Below the pieces are notes generated by a model that was not told the origin of the DNA, ran no database searches, and saw only the letters and a list, made by a program, of their open reading frames with translations. DNA of 64,000 bases, from IMG/VR virus record IMGVR_UViG_3300009551_000046; one strand, 5' to 3'. Shown here piece by piece: positions 16,187 through 25,296 of the stretch; positions within the stretch are counted from its first letter, which is position 1, and each line of letters starts with the position of its first letter. The translations under genes were made by a program, and so were the position numbers. This stretch comes from an uncultured virus (IMG/VR IMGVR_UViG_3300009551_000046). Its lineage: Duplodnaviria > Heunggongvirae > Uroviricota > Caudoviricetes.

Positions 16187-16470
16187 CCGCCCCTCGCATC
16201 TCCTGCTGCATCCCTTTCTGCACAAGAACCTCTAAGAACCCCCATAGATGGGGGGAATGGATATGCGGGCCCCATTGGAGCGCCGTTCCCAAGGAATTGA
16301 GGCAGAGGCGGGCGGCGGCGCGTCGGATGTCTAAAAAATATTCCCAGCTAGCGGAGGGAAAAACGTCCCCGAGGGTGTGGACGAAATGCGAGGCGGCGCG
16401 CACATTGGAGTGGAAGATTTGGGATCGCTGCCGGGCGGCGGCGATCGAGGCGGCGGGAGGCATTTCATGA
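16183..16470 (+). CDS. Cys/His zinc-binding hypothetical protein
   Basis: CCIPFC...ICGPHW. Confidence 0.6.
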   Translation: MTAPRISCCIPFCTRTSKNPHRWGEWICGPHWSAVPKELRQRRAAARRMSKKYSQLAEGKTSPRVWTKCEAARTLEWKIWDRCRAAAIEAAGGIS

Positions 16471-16928
16471 CGTCGTTCGATCCTGACATTCACGTTCCCG
16501 GCCTGTGGGGCTGCGCAAAGTGCGGCTTCACGCTGTTGCAGTCTAACCTCAATGCGAAGGACGGCAGCATCACCGCGCGCGACGAGCCGGGGGACAAGTG
16601 CCCGAATGACGGCGCGCCGCTGTGGCGGGTGACATGGCGGCAGCAAGCCGAGGAGATGGGCAGGCGCTGCGAGGAGGCGATCGAGCGGGCTGTCGCTGCA
16701 GAGGGCGACAAGGGCCGTCCGGATCCTCGGCTGCTCGGCGCCGCGCTGCTCTGGCTGCGGAACCACTACGAGTCCTCGGCGGAAACGCTGTCGCCGCTGA
16801 CGGTCGCAGTGCTCGCCCGCGCCGACGAGATCATCGCCGATTGCAAAATCGACATTTCCGACTCAATCCGGCTGCGCGAGAGTTATCCGGTGCCTGAGAT
16901 CGGGCACCCGGAGAAGGCGCAAGGGTGA
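16467..16928 (+). CDS. Zinc-ribbon hypothetical protein
   Basis: VPGLWGCAKCGF...CPNDGAPLWRVTW; GGAGG RBS. Confidence 0.65.
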   Translation: MTSFDPDIHVPGLWGCAKCGFTLLQSNLNAKDGSITARDEPGDKCPNDGAPLWRVTWRQQAEEMGRRCEEAIERAVAAEGDKGRPDPRLLGAALLWLRNHYESSAETLSPLTVAVLARADEIIADCKIDISDSIRLRESYPVPEIGHPEKAQG

Positions 16929-16932
16929 CGTC

Positions 16933-17133
16933 ATGACGATGCTTGCGGTTGCCGGCGAGTGCATTTCGGCTGGCGAGGCGGTTTGCTCGGGCGATGGCGC
17001 GACGGTCTACCGGGCGAGCGGCCTGCGGGGGCCGACCGTATCGGTGATCGTCGGCACGGCTCTTGAGGACATCCGGGAGGGGTTCCGGGTGCAGATTTCA
17101 GATGCCGGGGAAGTCAGAGAGGATGACGCGTGA
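16933..17133 (+). CDS. Hypothetical protein
   Basis: In operon orientation, 66 aa. Confidence 0.45.
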   Translation: MTMLAVAGECISAGEAVCSGDGATVYRASGLRGPTVSVIVGTALEDIREGFRVQISDAGEVREDDA

Positions 17134-17266
17134 AAACGAGATGGCGCTACAAGAAAGGTCTGAAGCCGCGGCCGGGCCGAAAGCCGAGTAGGGTCTATCG
17201 ACCATTGCATGAACGGCGCGGTCCGTGGCGACGATGGATGGGCGGGAGCTCGGAGAGGAAGGCGAC

Positions 17267-17524
17267 ATGAATTGGCTCGACATCATCGCTTGGATGCACG
17301 GCACCGGGCTCACAATCGTCCTAGCCGCGGCGCCAGGCGTCATCGGCTGGGCTTACAACGCACGCCGGCGGCAGCGGCTCGAGGACACCGGATGGAAGGT
17401 GATTCAGGAGGCCGATGCCTACGACCGGATGCTCGACGAGGGATCGAGCCCGCGGTCGCCGAACGGCGACGACTACAATGCGATGCACGCGATCCTCATG
17501 CAGATTGAGCAGGGGTTGCGGTGA
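17267..17524 (+). CDS. Small membrane protein
   Basis: GAGG RBS; one hydrophobic helix. Confidence 0.55.
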   Translation: MNWLDIIAWMHGTGLTIVLAAAPGVIGWAYNARRRQRLEDTGWKVIQEADAYDRMLDEGSSPRSPNGDDYNAMHAILMQIEQGLR

Positions 17525-17817
17525 TGACGGAGCCCGAGAGGCTCGTCGGCTGTGCCATCGTCCGGGAGGGCAAGACGCATCCTAACCCGGAAGGCCTGCG
17601 CTTCGGCCCGACATCGCATTACGAGGTTCGCGCCGGGCTGCGCGATGCCGACCCTGCGCGCTCGTGCCCGACGGACATCGAAGGCTTTCTGACGAGCGCC
17701 GGTCGGTTCGTCACCCGGGAGGAAGCGATCCCGATCGGTGTCGCGGCCGGCCAACTGCACCCGCGCTGGGCCGGCGCGCGCGGCCGCAAACTCCTCTCCT
17801 CTGATCTGAATTGGTGA
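17521..17817 (+). CDS. Conserved-type phage hypothetical protein
   Basis: EGFLTSAGRFVTREEA...AGQL...LLSSDL, a motif style common in phage ORFs. Confidence 0.65.
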   Translation: MMTEPERLVGCAIVREGKTHPNPEGLRFGPTSHYEVRAGLRDADPARSCPTDIEGFLTSAGRFVTREEAIPIGVAAGQLHPRWAGARGRKLLSSDLNW

Positions 17818-18140
17818 AGCCGATGCAGGATGCGCAGTTCTCCCCCTCTCCCGAAGCCGGCGCCGCCTATGCGGTCGCGATCGAGATGGTCGGCGGGGTG
17901 TTCGCGGTCGGCGACTGCTCGACGCGCGAGGAGTATCAGCGGATGCGCCGCATCCTCGACGGGCTGCTGCAATGGGCGGCGACCGAAGGCGGGGCGACGC
18001 GCGAGGCCTACGCATGGGGCGTGTCCAAGGTCGATGCCGATCTGCAGGCGCGGCTGCGCGTGCACGAGCATAGCCGCAACGTTCAGCGGGCGCTGCAGAC
18101 GCTGCCGCGGCCGCCAAAACCGGAGGAGACCAAGGCATGA
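17811..18140 (+). CDS. Hypothetical protein
   Basis: Coupled within operon. Confidence 0.5.
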   Translation: MVKPMQDAQFSPSPEAGAAYAVAIEMVGGVFAVGDCSTREEYQRMRRILDGLLQWAATEGGATREAYAWGVSKVDADLQARLRVHEHSRNVQRALQTLPRPPKPEETKA

Positions 18141-18601
18141 AATGGGAATATCGCGTGATCGCATGGAGCGCCGACGATGCCATCGGCGTTCCGAGGTTGT
18201 GCTTCGCAGATCGGTTGAATGAAGCGGGCGCGGAAGGCTGGGAGGTGTTCGCGGTTGTGAACGGGGGACACGGGGTCATCGCGGCCTATGCGCGCCGACC
18301 GGTGCCGGAAGTCGCGATCCCGCCGCAGCTAGAGGCTTCGCTCACCGATATGATGACCGGGCGGCTGATGCCGATGAGCGCTGTTGACGCTGAGATGGCG
18401 ATGTCCCGGAAGCCGGCCGGAGAGGGCATCCTTGCCGGGGCTCTGTCCTGGCTGCTGACCCATTACGAGCGAGGGACGCAGCCGAAAGAGCCGGTGATCG
18501 AACGGATCAGGTGCGTGCTCAAAGAGCGCGGAGGCGCCCTCGCGCACGAGATCAATGATTTCCGGCGATGGTATCCGGCCGGCAAGGAACCGAGGGGATG
18601 A
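18137..18601 (+). CDS. DUF4177-like protein
   Basis: MKWEYRVI...LNEAGAEGWEVFAV. Confidence 0.65.
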   Translation: MKWEYRVIAWSADDAIGVPRLCFADRLNEAGAEGWEVFAVVNGGHGVIAAYARRPVPEVAIPPQLEASLTDMMTGRLMPMSAVDAEMAMSRKPAGEGILAGALSWLLTHYERGTQPKEPVIERIRCVLKERGGALAHEINDFRRWYPAGKEPRG

Positions 18602-18783
18602 CGAAGCGGGAGCGGCAGCAGCGCGCCGCGCACAAGGCGCGCAAGAGCAAGGGGCGGCTGCGGCATGCCGCCCGGAAGCGCGAGACAGACGTGCGCAATG
18701 CGAAATGGTTTGCGCGCGCGACCGTGCGGAGGCACCGAATATCGATGGCGGAAGCTGTTGCGATGGGGATGTTAGGACCATGA
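18598..18783 (+). CDS. Small basic hypothetical protein
   Basis: ATGA overlaps. Confidence 0.5.
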   Translation: MTKRERQQRAAHKARKSKGRLRHAARKRETDVRNAKWFARATVRRHRISMAEAVAMGMLGP

Positions 18784-19070
18784 CATCAGTCTTCGACGGA
18801 AGGCCGATTCGCCGCATTCAGATCGGCACAGACCCGCCGCCGGCGCGTTCTCCGGCGGAGGAGCACGCACAGAGGCTTGCCGATCGGGCGGCTACAGAGA
18901 GCCGCCTGAAGGCCGCGGAGCCTATATGGAGCACGGTGCAGCAGGCGGTCTGCGGCGGCGGGGGCGGGGGCGATCCGGTCAAGGAACCGGGCCCCGCCCT
19001 TGTCAACGCGGAGAAGCCGAGCGAGGCTTCGTTCGATTGGACCGGGCACCCGGACGATTTCTGCTACTGA
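18780..19070 (+). CDS. Hypothetical protein
   Basis: ATGA overlap, AGGA RBS. Confidence 0.5.
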   Translation: MTSVFDGRPIRRIQIGTDPPPARSPAEEHAQRLADRAATESRLKAAEPIWSTVQQAVCGGGGGGDPVKEPGPALVNAEKPSEASFDWTGHPDDFCY

Positions 19071-19081
19071 GGGAGGGAAGC

Positions 19082-19414
19082 ATGCGACTGAAGCGAAACA
19101 TCAACGGTAATGGCCGCGGCAAGTACAGCCTGATTCGGAACGATCGCCTCGCCGAGCTCGACGAGGCGACACGCACCGAAGTCGAGATCCAGATCGCCGC
19201 GCTCCGCGAGCTCGGCGTCGTCACTGACGGCGAGACGGAGGGCCCCGACGAGTTCTTCGTCATCATGCTCAAGGACATCTGCGCTGCGAGCGCTCTTGTC
19301 GGTTATGCGGCTGCCGCGCGCGTTCGGTGCGACGATCCCGAATATGCCGACGACATCGAAGAGCTCGCCTCGCGCGCCGGTCACATGAGTCCGTTCTGCA
19401 AGAAGCCTGACTGA
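19082..19414 (+). CDS. Phage hypothetical protein
   Basis: GGAGG RBS; GRGKYSL...EFFVIMLKD...AL.GYA...CKKPD. Confidence 0.65.
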   Translation: MRLKRNINGNGRGKYSLIRNDRLAELDEATRTEVEIQIAALRELGVVTDGETEGPDEFFVIMLKDICAASALVGYAAAARVRCDDPEYADDIEELASRAGHMSPFCKKPD

Positions 19415-19537
19415 GGGGGAAGCCATGATGGACGTGTTGAATTGGGCGGCCGATCATCCGATCTTGGCCGTCCTTCTCGCGATTATTGTGTTCGGCAACA
19501 TGGCGAATGTGCTCGCCGTCGTGATCCGGAGGCGCTG

Positions 19538-19777
19538 ATGTCGATCGGAAGGATGTTGCTGCGGATCATCCCCGGGATCCTGCGGCGGATGTCGGTGCAG
19601 CTGCCGCCGCCGGGAACGGGCTGGGTTGAGCCCGACGACGAATACCGACGGCGCGTCCGCGCGCGGGCCGACGCGATCGCGATGCGCGCCCTTCTCGTGA
19701 AGGGTGAGGGGCTCGACCGGCTCGGCGTCGCCCTGAACCTGCCGCGGGGGCGCGCGATGCAGCGGCGGGCGTTCTGA
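19538..19777 (+). CDS. Hypothetical protein
   Basis: TGATG overlap, GGAGG RBS; EPDDEYRRR and GEGLDRLG motifs. Confidence 0.55.
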   Translation: MSIGRMLLRIIPGILRRMSVQLPPPGTGWVEPDDEYRRRVRARADAIAMRALLVKGEGLDRLGVALNLPRGRAMQRRAF

Positions 19778-19971
19778 TGAAGAGCGCAGATCGCCCGGCT
19801 CGCCATTGCGAGGAGTGCGGGCAGCCGTTCCTGCCCGCGACCGGCAACGGCAATTCGCTGACGTGCTCGGCGGTATGCGCGATCGAGCGCAGTCAGCGGC
19901 GCGCGCGCGCCTATTACCGCACCAAAAGCGAGCGTAAACGGCAGGAGGTCGCCGGTGGGCCGGAAGCCTAA
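19777..19971 (+). CDS. Zinc-finger hypothetical protein
   Basis: CEECGQPF...TCSAVC. Confidence 0.55.
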   Translation: MKSADRPARHCEECGQPFLPATGNGNSLTCSAVCAIERSQRRARAYYRTKSERKRQEVAGGPEA

Positions 19972-20233
19972 GCCGGCACCGGAGCCGATCGAGCCACCGA
20001 AGAAGCCGCCGCCGTTCATCGAATGGCCTGGCGGGACGCCCCGGCTGTGCGGCAACTGCGATCATTTCGAAGTGCCGCCGGCCGCCGGCAAGAAGGGCGG
20101 CTGTCACAACCTGATCTCGGGGACGATGTTCGTCCGTGCTGTGGACAAGGCATGCCCGAACGGGTTCTATCCGGACGTTGATAGATTCCCGCTGCACGTC
20201 CGCATGGGGATCGTTCCTGCCGCCAAGGAGTGA
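19955..20233 (+). CDS. Cys-rich hypothetical protein
   Basis: CGNCDHF...C...C; AGGAGG RBS. Confidence 0.6.
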   Translation: MGRKPKPAPEPIEPPKKPPPFIEWPGGTPRLCGNCDHFEVPPAAGKKGGCHNLISGTMFVRAVDKACPNGFYPDVDRFPLHVRMGIVPAAKE

Positions 20234-20239
20234 CCGACA

Positions 20240-20467
20240 ATGCCCGAATGGTGCGGAAGTTCTCTAGCTCACAAAGGCTGCAAATATGCTGGCGACCGCG
20301 TCGGCGAGCGGCCGACATGCGCGGCTCCGGACATCAAGCGCGCTGCATGCTGCTATTGGTCGTCAAACGCCGCGTTTATAGACTTCCGGAACGATCAGAT
20401 CAGGAAGATCTGCGATAGCGTCTATGGAAGGCCGATCGCCAAATTTTCCGACGAGATCGGGTGCTGA
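20240..20467 (+). CDS. Cys-rich hypothetical protein
   Basis: AAGGAG RBS. Confidence 0.5.
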   Translation: MPEWCGSSLAHKGCKYAGDRVGERPTCAAPDIKRAACCYWSSNAAFIDFRNDQIRKICDSVYGRPIAKFSDEIGC

Positions 20468-20468
20468 C

Positions 20469-20990
20469 GTGTACCCGACTGCCGACGAGGCCGCGCGAAT
20501 CATCATCGCAGCATTTCGCATGACGCAGGCGAATCCGCTCGACGTCGCTGCGCGGCTACCGCGCGGGCAGGCAAACCGGCATCAGCGCGCGATCACGGAG
20601 GGGCGCGGGTATGCGGCGCTTGCGATACGCAAGCTGTTTCCGAACCTGTCGTCGAAGTCGATTGCCCGCATGATCGGCCTGCCGGATGACGCCGGCTTCG
20701 TGATCAAGTCCTACCAGCATTGGCAGGCGGGCACGCTGCGATGGTACGACGAGGTCGACTTTCGCCGCATCCTGAAGAACTGCGGCGTCGGCGCGCGCGC
20801 GGCGGTGCAGATCGTCAGGGATGAAACCGCGCAAGCACCGGAGCCGCCGCGCCGTGCCGCGCCGCCGGTGACCCCGCCTGCGCAAGGCGCACGGCCGCCC
20901 GAGTTCGGTGCCAAGAAGCGACTCGAGGACGAATTGCGCGAGGCGGTGCAGAACACCGCGCGGATGCAGCAGGAGGAGCCCCGCCGATGA
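20469..20990 (+). CDS. Hypothetical protein (DnaA C-terminal HTH-like)
   Basis: R.YAALAIRKLFPNLSSKSIARMIG. Confidence 0.5.
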   Translation: MYPTADEAARIIIAAFRMTQANPLDVAARLPRGQANRHQRAITEGRGYAALAIRKLFPNLSSKSIARMIGLPDDAGFVIKSYQHWQAGTLRWYDEVDFRRILKNCGVGARAAVQIVRDETAQAPEPPRRAAPPVTPPAQGARPPEFGAKKRLEDELREAVQNTARMQQEEPRR

Positions 20991-21096
20991 CGACATTCAT
21001 GCTTCTGCTCGTTGTTGTGTGGCTCGCCTATCGGCGCTCACGCGATCGCCGCCGCCGTCTGCAACGCGAACTGCGCAGCCGCTTGCGGGGCTTCTG

Positions 21097-21846
21097 ATGG
21101 CGAAGGACAAGCCCTTCCCTACCGAGGCAGCGCTCTGCGCCGAGTTCATCGATTGGGTCGATCCGAAGGTCTGGACGGTCTACCCTGAGACGGAGGGGTG
21201 GGACATCCTGCTCGTACGACGAGAGGACGGGTTTCAGATCGGGATCGAGGCGAAGCTGCGGCTGAACGCCGAGGTCATCACCCAAGCGATCGATCAGTAC
21301 GGGGCACACCAGGCCGCGGCGCCCGGTCCAGATTGCCGGGCCGTGCTTGTGCCGAGCTCGAGCGGCTTCGCGACGATCTGTGCTTATCTCGGCGTCGTGA
21401 TCCTGCAACCGAGTTATCGGAGCATGGTGCGTGCCCGCAAGGGCCGATGGGAGTTCGTGCCGCACCTTCCCGAACTGAGGGGGCATTGGTCCGGCGATCG
21501 AGAATGGCCGGAATGGTGCCCGACGACGCGGCATCAGCTTCCCGCCTATGTCCCGGACGTCACGGCGGGCGCGCCGGCGCCGGTGCAGCTGACCGAATGG
21601 AAGATCAAGGCGATCAAGCTTGCGATCATCGTCGAGCGCCGGGGCTTCGCTATGCGCGCCGACTTCAAGCACCTCAACCTCGATCATCGCCGATGGATCG
21701 ACGGGCATTGGCTCGTCGCGACTCCTTCGGGGCTGATTCCCGGCGGCCGCTATCCGGATCTCAAAGCGCAGCACCCTCGCAATTACGAGGAGATCGCGGC
21801 CGACTTCCAGGCATGGGCGCCGAAGGATGCGGACAGGTTGCTATGA
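21097..21846 (+). CDS. PD-(D/E)XK nuclease-fold hypothetical protein
   Basis: YPE...WDILLV...IGIEAKL. Confidence 0.6.
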   Translation: MAKDKPFPTEAALCAEFIDWVDPKVWTVYPETEGWDILLVRREDGFQIGIEAKLRLNAEVITQAIDQYGAHQAAAPGPDCRAVLVPSSSGFATICAYLGVVILQPSYRSMVRARKGRWEFVPHLPELRGHWSGDREWPEWCPTTRHQLPAYVPDVTAGAPAPVQLTEWKIKAIKLAIIVERRGFAMRADFKHLNLDHRRWIDGHWLVATPSGLIPGGRYPDLKAQHPRNYEEIAADFQAWAPKDADRLL

Positions 21847-22235
21847 ATGATCTTCTTCTGATCGAAGCTCTTCGGATTAGGTCTGGAGACCTACTTACTA
21901 TCGCAGCCGCCAACGCAATTAAGCGACTTCGCCCCCGGGGGCGCGCGCGGCATCCTGTAGCCTCGCGGGCGCGCCAACACATGACGGCTGAACAGCGCAC
22001 CGAAGCGATTCGGGCATATGTCGCCGGCGAGCTGGTCAAGACGATTGCCGCCCGCTATGACCGACATCCCGGCATTATTCAGCGGCTCGTAAAGCGCGCC
22101 GGCGCGCAGCGCGGTCACAGGAATTGCCTTCATGATCGGATACGCGAGCCGAACCGGGACGCGACGCAATCTGCAGGGTCTCGCGGCAGCCGGGTGGCGG
22201 ATCCTCGTCTCGGCGAAGGGTGTTCTCCGGACTGA
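21843..22235 (+). CDS. HTH-containing hypothetical protein
   Basis: ATGA overlap; AIRAYVAGELVKTIAARYDRHPGIIQRLVKRAG; overlaps the next gene by 104 nt. Confidence 0.45.
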   Translation: MNDLLLIEALRIRSGDLLTIAAANAIKRLRPRGRARHPVASRARQHMTAEQRTEAIRAYVAGELVKTIAARYDRHPGIIQRLVKRAGAQRGHRNCLHDRIREPNRDATQSAGSRGSRVADPRLGEGCSPD

Positions 22236-22752
22236 AGGCTTTCCGTATGCGCTCGACAACGGCGCATGGTGGTCGTTCGTCAACGGCCAGCCGTTCGATG
22301 AGACCGCGTTTGCCCGGGCCTATGAGCTCCTCGGCGCCGACGCTGACTTTGTCGTGCTGCCTGACATCGTCGCCGGCGGGGTGCGATCGCTCGAATTCTC
22401 GTTGCGGTGGCTGCAGCGCCTCGGCCGCGGTCCCCTGTTCCTGCTTGCCGTGCAGGACGGCATGACGCGCGAGATGATCAAACCGCTGATCGGCGCCGGG
22501 CTCGGCATCTTTGTCGGCGGATCGACAGAATGGAAGATCGACACAATGAAGGATTGGGGCGATCTCGCCCGGGAGAGCGGAGCGTGGTGCCATGTCGGGC
22601 GGGTGAACAGCGCTCGGCGCATCCGAATTTGTCATGCTGCGGGGGTGACGAGTTTTGATGGATCAGGTCCGTCTCGTTTTTCTGCTGTCCTGCCCGGACT
22701 TGATCACGCGCGGAGGCAGCCGGATTTGTTCGGCTGCATCGATGGGGGATAA
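22132..22752 (+). CDS. TGT/DpdA-like (transglycosylase-fold) protein
   Basis: ALDNGAW, VLPDIV, AVQDG, IFVGG, HVGRVN, SFDGSG match the motif order of compact phage TGT-like TIM barrels. Confidence 0.6.
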   Translation: MIGYASRTGTRRNLQGLAAAGWRILVSAKGVLRTEGFPYALDNGAWWSFVNGQPFDETAFARAYELLGADADFVVLPDIVAGGVRSLEFSLRWLQRLGRGPLFLLAVQDGMTREMIKPLIGAGLGIFVGGSTEWKIDTMKDWGDLARESGAWCHVGRVNSARRIRICHAAGVTSFDGSGPSRFSAVLPGLDHARRQPDLFGCIDGG

Positions 22753-22816
22753 GTCTCCCCTTTCCTTTGCCACACCGCGCGCTATGTTGGGCGCGTGCAT
22801 CGGGTAGGCGCACGCG

Positions 22817-22887
22817 GCGGGGGCATGGTTCGGGCTGGGGGAGGTCATGCCCCTCGGCTAGGGGTTCGAATCCCCTCCCCCGACGCA
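22817..22887 (+). ncRNA. Degenerate tRNA-like element (possible CAT anticodon)
   Basis: Perfect T-arm AGGGG-TTCGAAT-CCCCT, acceptor GCGGGGG/CCCCCGA, imperfect anticodon arm with GTCATGC loop, short weak D-arm, ends GCA rather than CCA. Confidence 0.35.
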
Positions 22888-22914
22888 TTCCGCCAAATCA
22901 GGAGAACGTCGAAA

Positions 22915-23169
22915 ATGACTTTGGACGTGATGACGGGGTGGGTGATCATTGCGGCGATCGCGGCGTTCGTTGTGATCTACGGGATCTGTGCGGCCGCGCG
23001 CGGCGCCGCCGCTGAACGCCGAATTAAGCATGAGGAATTCAGGGCGCGGCTTCCCCTTGAGCATCAGGAGCGGCTTTCGAGCATCTCGGCGAATCGGGAT
23101 GTCGAGATGGCGAAGTCGCTGAAGGCGGAGCCGAAGCCCATGATCATGATCGAGGGTAAGGGCGAATAG
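22915..23169 (+). CDS. Small membrane protein
   Basis: AGGAG RBS; N-terminal TM helix. Confidence 0.65.
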   Translation: MTLDVMTGWVIIAAIAAFVVIYGICAAARGAAAERRIKHEEFRARLPLEHQERLSSISANRDVEMAKSLKAEPKPMIMIEGKGE

Positions 23170-23189
23170 GCGGCGCGCAGCCGTCCTGG

Positions 23190-23264
23190 GCGGGGATGGC
23201 AGAATGGTTATGCACCGGCCTTCCAAGCCGGCCATGTAGGGTTCGATTCCCTCTCCCCGCTCCA
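23190..23264 (+). tRNA. tRNA-Gly (anticodon TCC)
   Basis: Acceptor GCGGGGA/TCCCCGC, anticodon arm CCGGC-CTTCCAA-GCCGG, GGTTCGATTCC, T discriminator plus CCA. Confidence 0.9.
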
Positions 23265-23265
23265 T

Positions 23266-23341
23266 TGCACGGTAGCTCAGTCGGTAGAGCAGGGCGCTGT
23301 TAACGCCAAGGTCGCAGGTTCGAACCCTGCCCGTGCAGCCA
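23266..23341 (+). tRNA. tRNA-Asn (anticodon GTT)
   Basis: Acceptor TGCACGG/CCGTGCA, GGCG-CTGTTAA-CGCC, GGTTCGAACCC, G discriminator plus CCA. Confidence 0.92.
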
Positions 23342-23386
23342 TTCCCTTTTGACGTTCCCGTGATTTGCGTGGTATTGCACGCAACC

Positions 23387-23638
23387 ATGAGTGCAAAACT
23401 CCAACCTCTTACGGCCGGAACGGTCCCTCGGATTTCCGAGATGGGGCCGTTTCAGTTTTGGGCGCGCGAATTGATCGCCGCGACCGATGAGGACCGCACC
23501 GCCGCAGAGCAGGGGACGCTATCGCCCCAGCGGAGCGAGGAGCTCGCCGCAGCCGGGATCGCCGCGCGCGAGCGTCTCGCCGAGATGACGGTCCCCGGCT
23601 ATCAGGAATGGATGACGCACCGGAGGGCCTGCAATTGA
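23387..23638 (+). CDS. Hypothetical protein
   Basis: ORF between the tRNAs and the protease gene. Confidence 0.4.
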   Translation: MSAKLQPLTAGTVPRISEMGPFQFWARELIAATDEDRTAAEQGTLSPQRSEELAAAGIAARERLAEMTVPGYQEWMTHRRACN

Positions 23639-25251
23639 CCCGCTTCGATCGTCTGGCGCTCGACAAGAACTCCGTCCGGTCGTTCGACGTCGACGGGCGG
23701 ATGCGGGTGAAGGTCGCCAACATCTCGAAGGCGAACATCTGCCCGTACCGAGGGGACGAAATTCCCGGCTGGGAAGAGCTCGGGCTCGACCCGAAGCGCA
23801 TCTATCAGATGTTTCGCGCGCCGGAGGAGCTCAAGGCGGGCGCTCCGACGTTCAACGGGATCCAACTGCTGAAGAAGCATGTCCCGGTCGATGCCGACGA
23901 TCATCAGATGTACGACATCGTCGGATGCACCGGGACAGAAGCGAACTTCGACGGAACGTACCTGACGAACTCGCTTTCGGTTTGGACGAAAGAGGGCATC
24001 GATCTTATCGAGTCCGGCGATCAGTGCGAATTGTCCTGCGGCTATCATTACGTGCCGGACATGACACCGGGAAATTTCGGTGGTATGCACTACGACGGCG
24101 TGATGAGGAACATTGAGGGCAATCATGTCGCCCTCGTCGAAGAAGGACGGGCCGGACCCGATGTCGTCGTCGGCGACTCCGCCCTGATCAAGAGGGAAGA
24201 CGAGATGTCGAAGCCGACCCGCCTGCAGTATTCGCTCCTGATGCGCACCGCCGCGGCGATCAATCCGCTGCTCGCGACCGACGCGAAGGTCAATTACGCC
24301 CCGCTGTTCAAGGGCGTGACGACCAAGAACTTCAAGGAGCGCAAGCCCGCGCTGCTCACCGGCATCAAGACGGCGATCGCAGGCAAGACGATCGCGAAAG
24401 ACGCCTCCGTCGAACATCTGGCGCACATGCTCGATCAGTTCGAGGCGGCGCCGGCGCTAGCCGACAAGAGCATGGACGAGTCGGTTTCCGGTCCGCAGCA
24501 CCGCGCCATGGAAGCGGCCGCGCAGGGACAATCGACCCTCGGCATCCCGGAGAACGTCGGCGAGGAGTTCGCCGAGGCGGACAAGGGCAAGACGTTCGGC
24601 GACAGCCTGCGCGCCTGGGCCAAGGACAAGGGCTTCGAGCTCGCCGACGAGGACTACGCGGCCCTCGACGAGATGCACAAGTCCTGCCGCGACGAGAAGA
24701 TGCCCGACGCCGAGGACGAAGATCCCGACAAGAAGAAGGAAGAGGAAGAGGGCGCGGCCGACGGCGACGACGGCGAGGCGGAGGACGAAGCCGAGGGCGA
24801 GAAGAAGGACGACGACGAGGACGACGGCAAGAAGAAGCCGGCGGCCAAGGACAAGCAAGCCAAAGACAAGGGCAAAGGCGCTATGGACAAGAAGGTCATC
24901 ACCCAAGACGAAGTGAACCGCGCCATCGCCGCCGAGCGTGCGCGCAGCCGCGAAGCCGTCGAAGCCCGCGCCTTTGTGCGGCCGTACGTCGGCGACGTCT
25001 CCCTCGCGCTCGACAGCGCCGAGGACATCTATCGTGCGACGGCCAAGGCGCTCCGGATCGAGGACGCCGAGACGGTGCACGCCTCCGCGCTGAAGTCCCT
25101 GATCAAGGTGACCGGCGAAGCCCGCAAAAAGGCGATGGCGTCCGACAGTTCGTCGTTCTTCTCGGCCGGGCCGAACCTCGCGCAGGACGCCGCGGCGAGC
25201 GACACCTTCACCAAGATGTTCCCGGGGGCATCGCGCATCGGCGCGGTGTAA
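23608..25251 (+). CDS. Prohead protease/scaffold (DUF2213 family)
   Basis: [42 protein letters not shown], acidic scaffold-like C-terminal half. Confidence 0.88.
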   Translation: MDDAPEGLQLTRFDRLALDKNSVRSFDVDGRMRVKVANISKANICPYRGDEIPGWEELGLDPKRIYQMFRAPEELKAGAPTFNGIQLLKKHVPVDADDHQMYDIVGCTGTEANFDGTYLTNSLSVWTKEGIDLIESGDQCELSCGYHYVPDMTPGNFGGMHYDGVMRNIEGNHVALVEEGRAGPDVVVGDSALIKREDEMSKPTRLQYSLLMRTAAAINPLLATDAKVNYAPLFKGVTTKNFKERKPALLTGIKTAIAGKTIAKDASVEHLAHMLDQFEAAPALADKSMDESVSGPQHRAMEAAAQGQSTLGIPENVGEEFAEADKGKTFGDSLRAWAKDKGFELADEDYAALDEMHKSCRDEKMPDAEDEDPDKKKEEEEGAADGDDGEAEDEAEGEKKDDDEDDGKKKPAAKDKQAKDKGKGAMDKKVITQDEVNRAIAAERARSREAVEARAFVRPYVGDVSLALDSAEDIYRATAKALRIEDAETVHASALKSLIKVTGEARKKAMASDSSSFFSAGPNLAQDAAASDTFTKMFPGASRIGAV

Positions 25252-25296
25252 TCGGGCGGCGTTTCACCCACAGCGGACCTTCAGGAGCAAGAGGCA

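Noticed and set aside
22817..23341. tRNAs as prophage attachment sites or host boundary
   Set aside because: Phage genes continue on both sides; no integrase or duplicated tRNA 3' end found in the window
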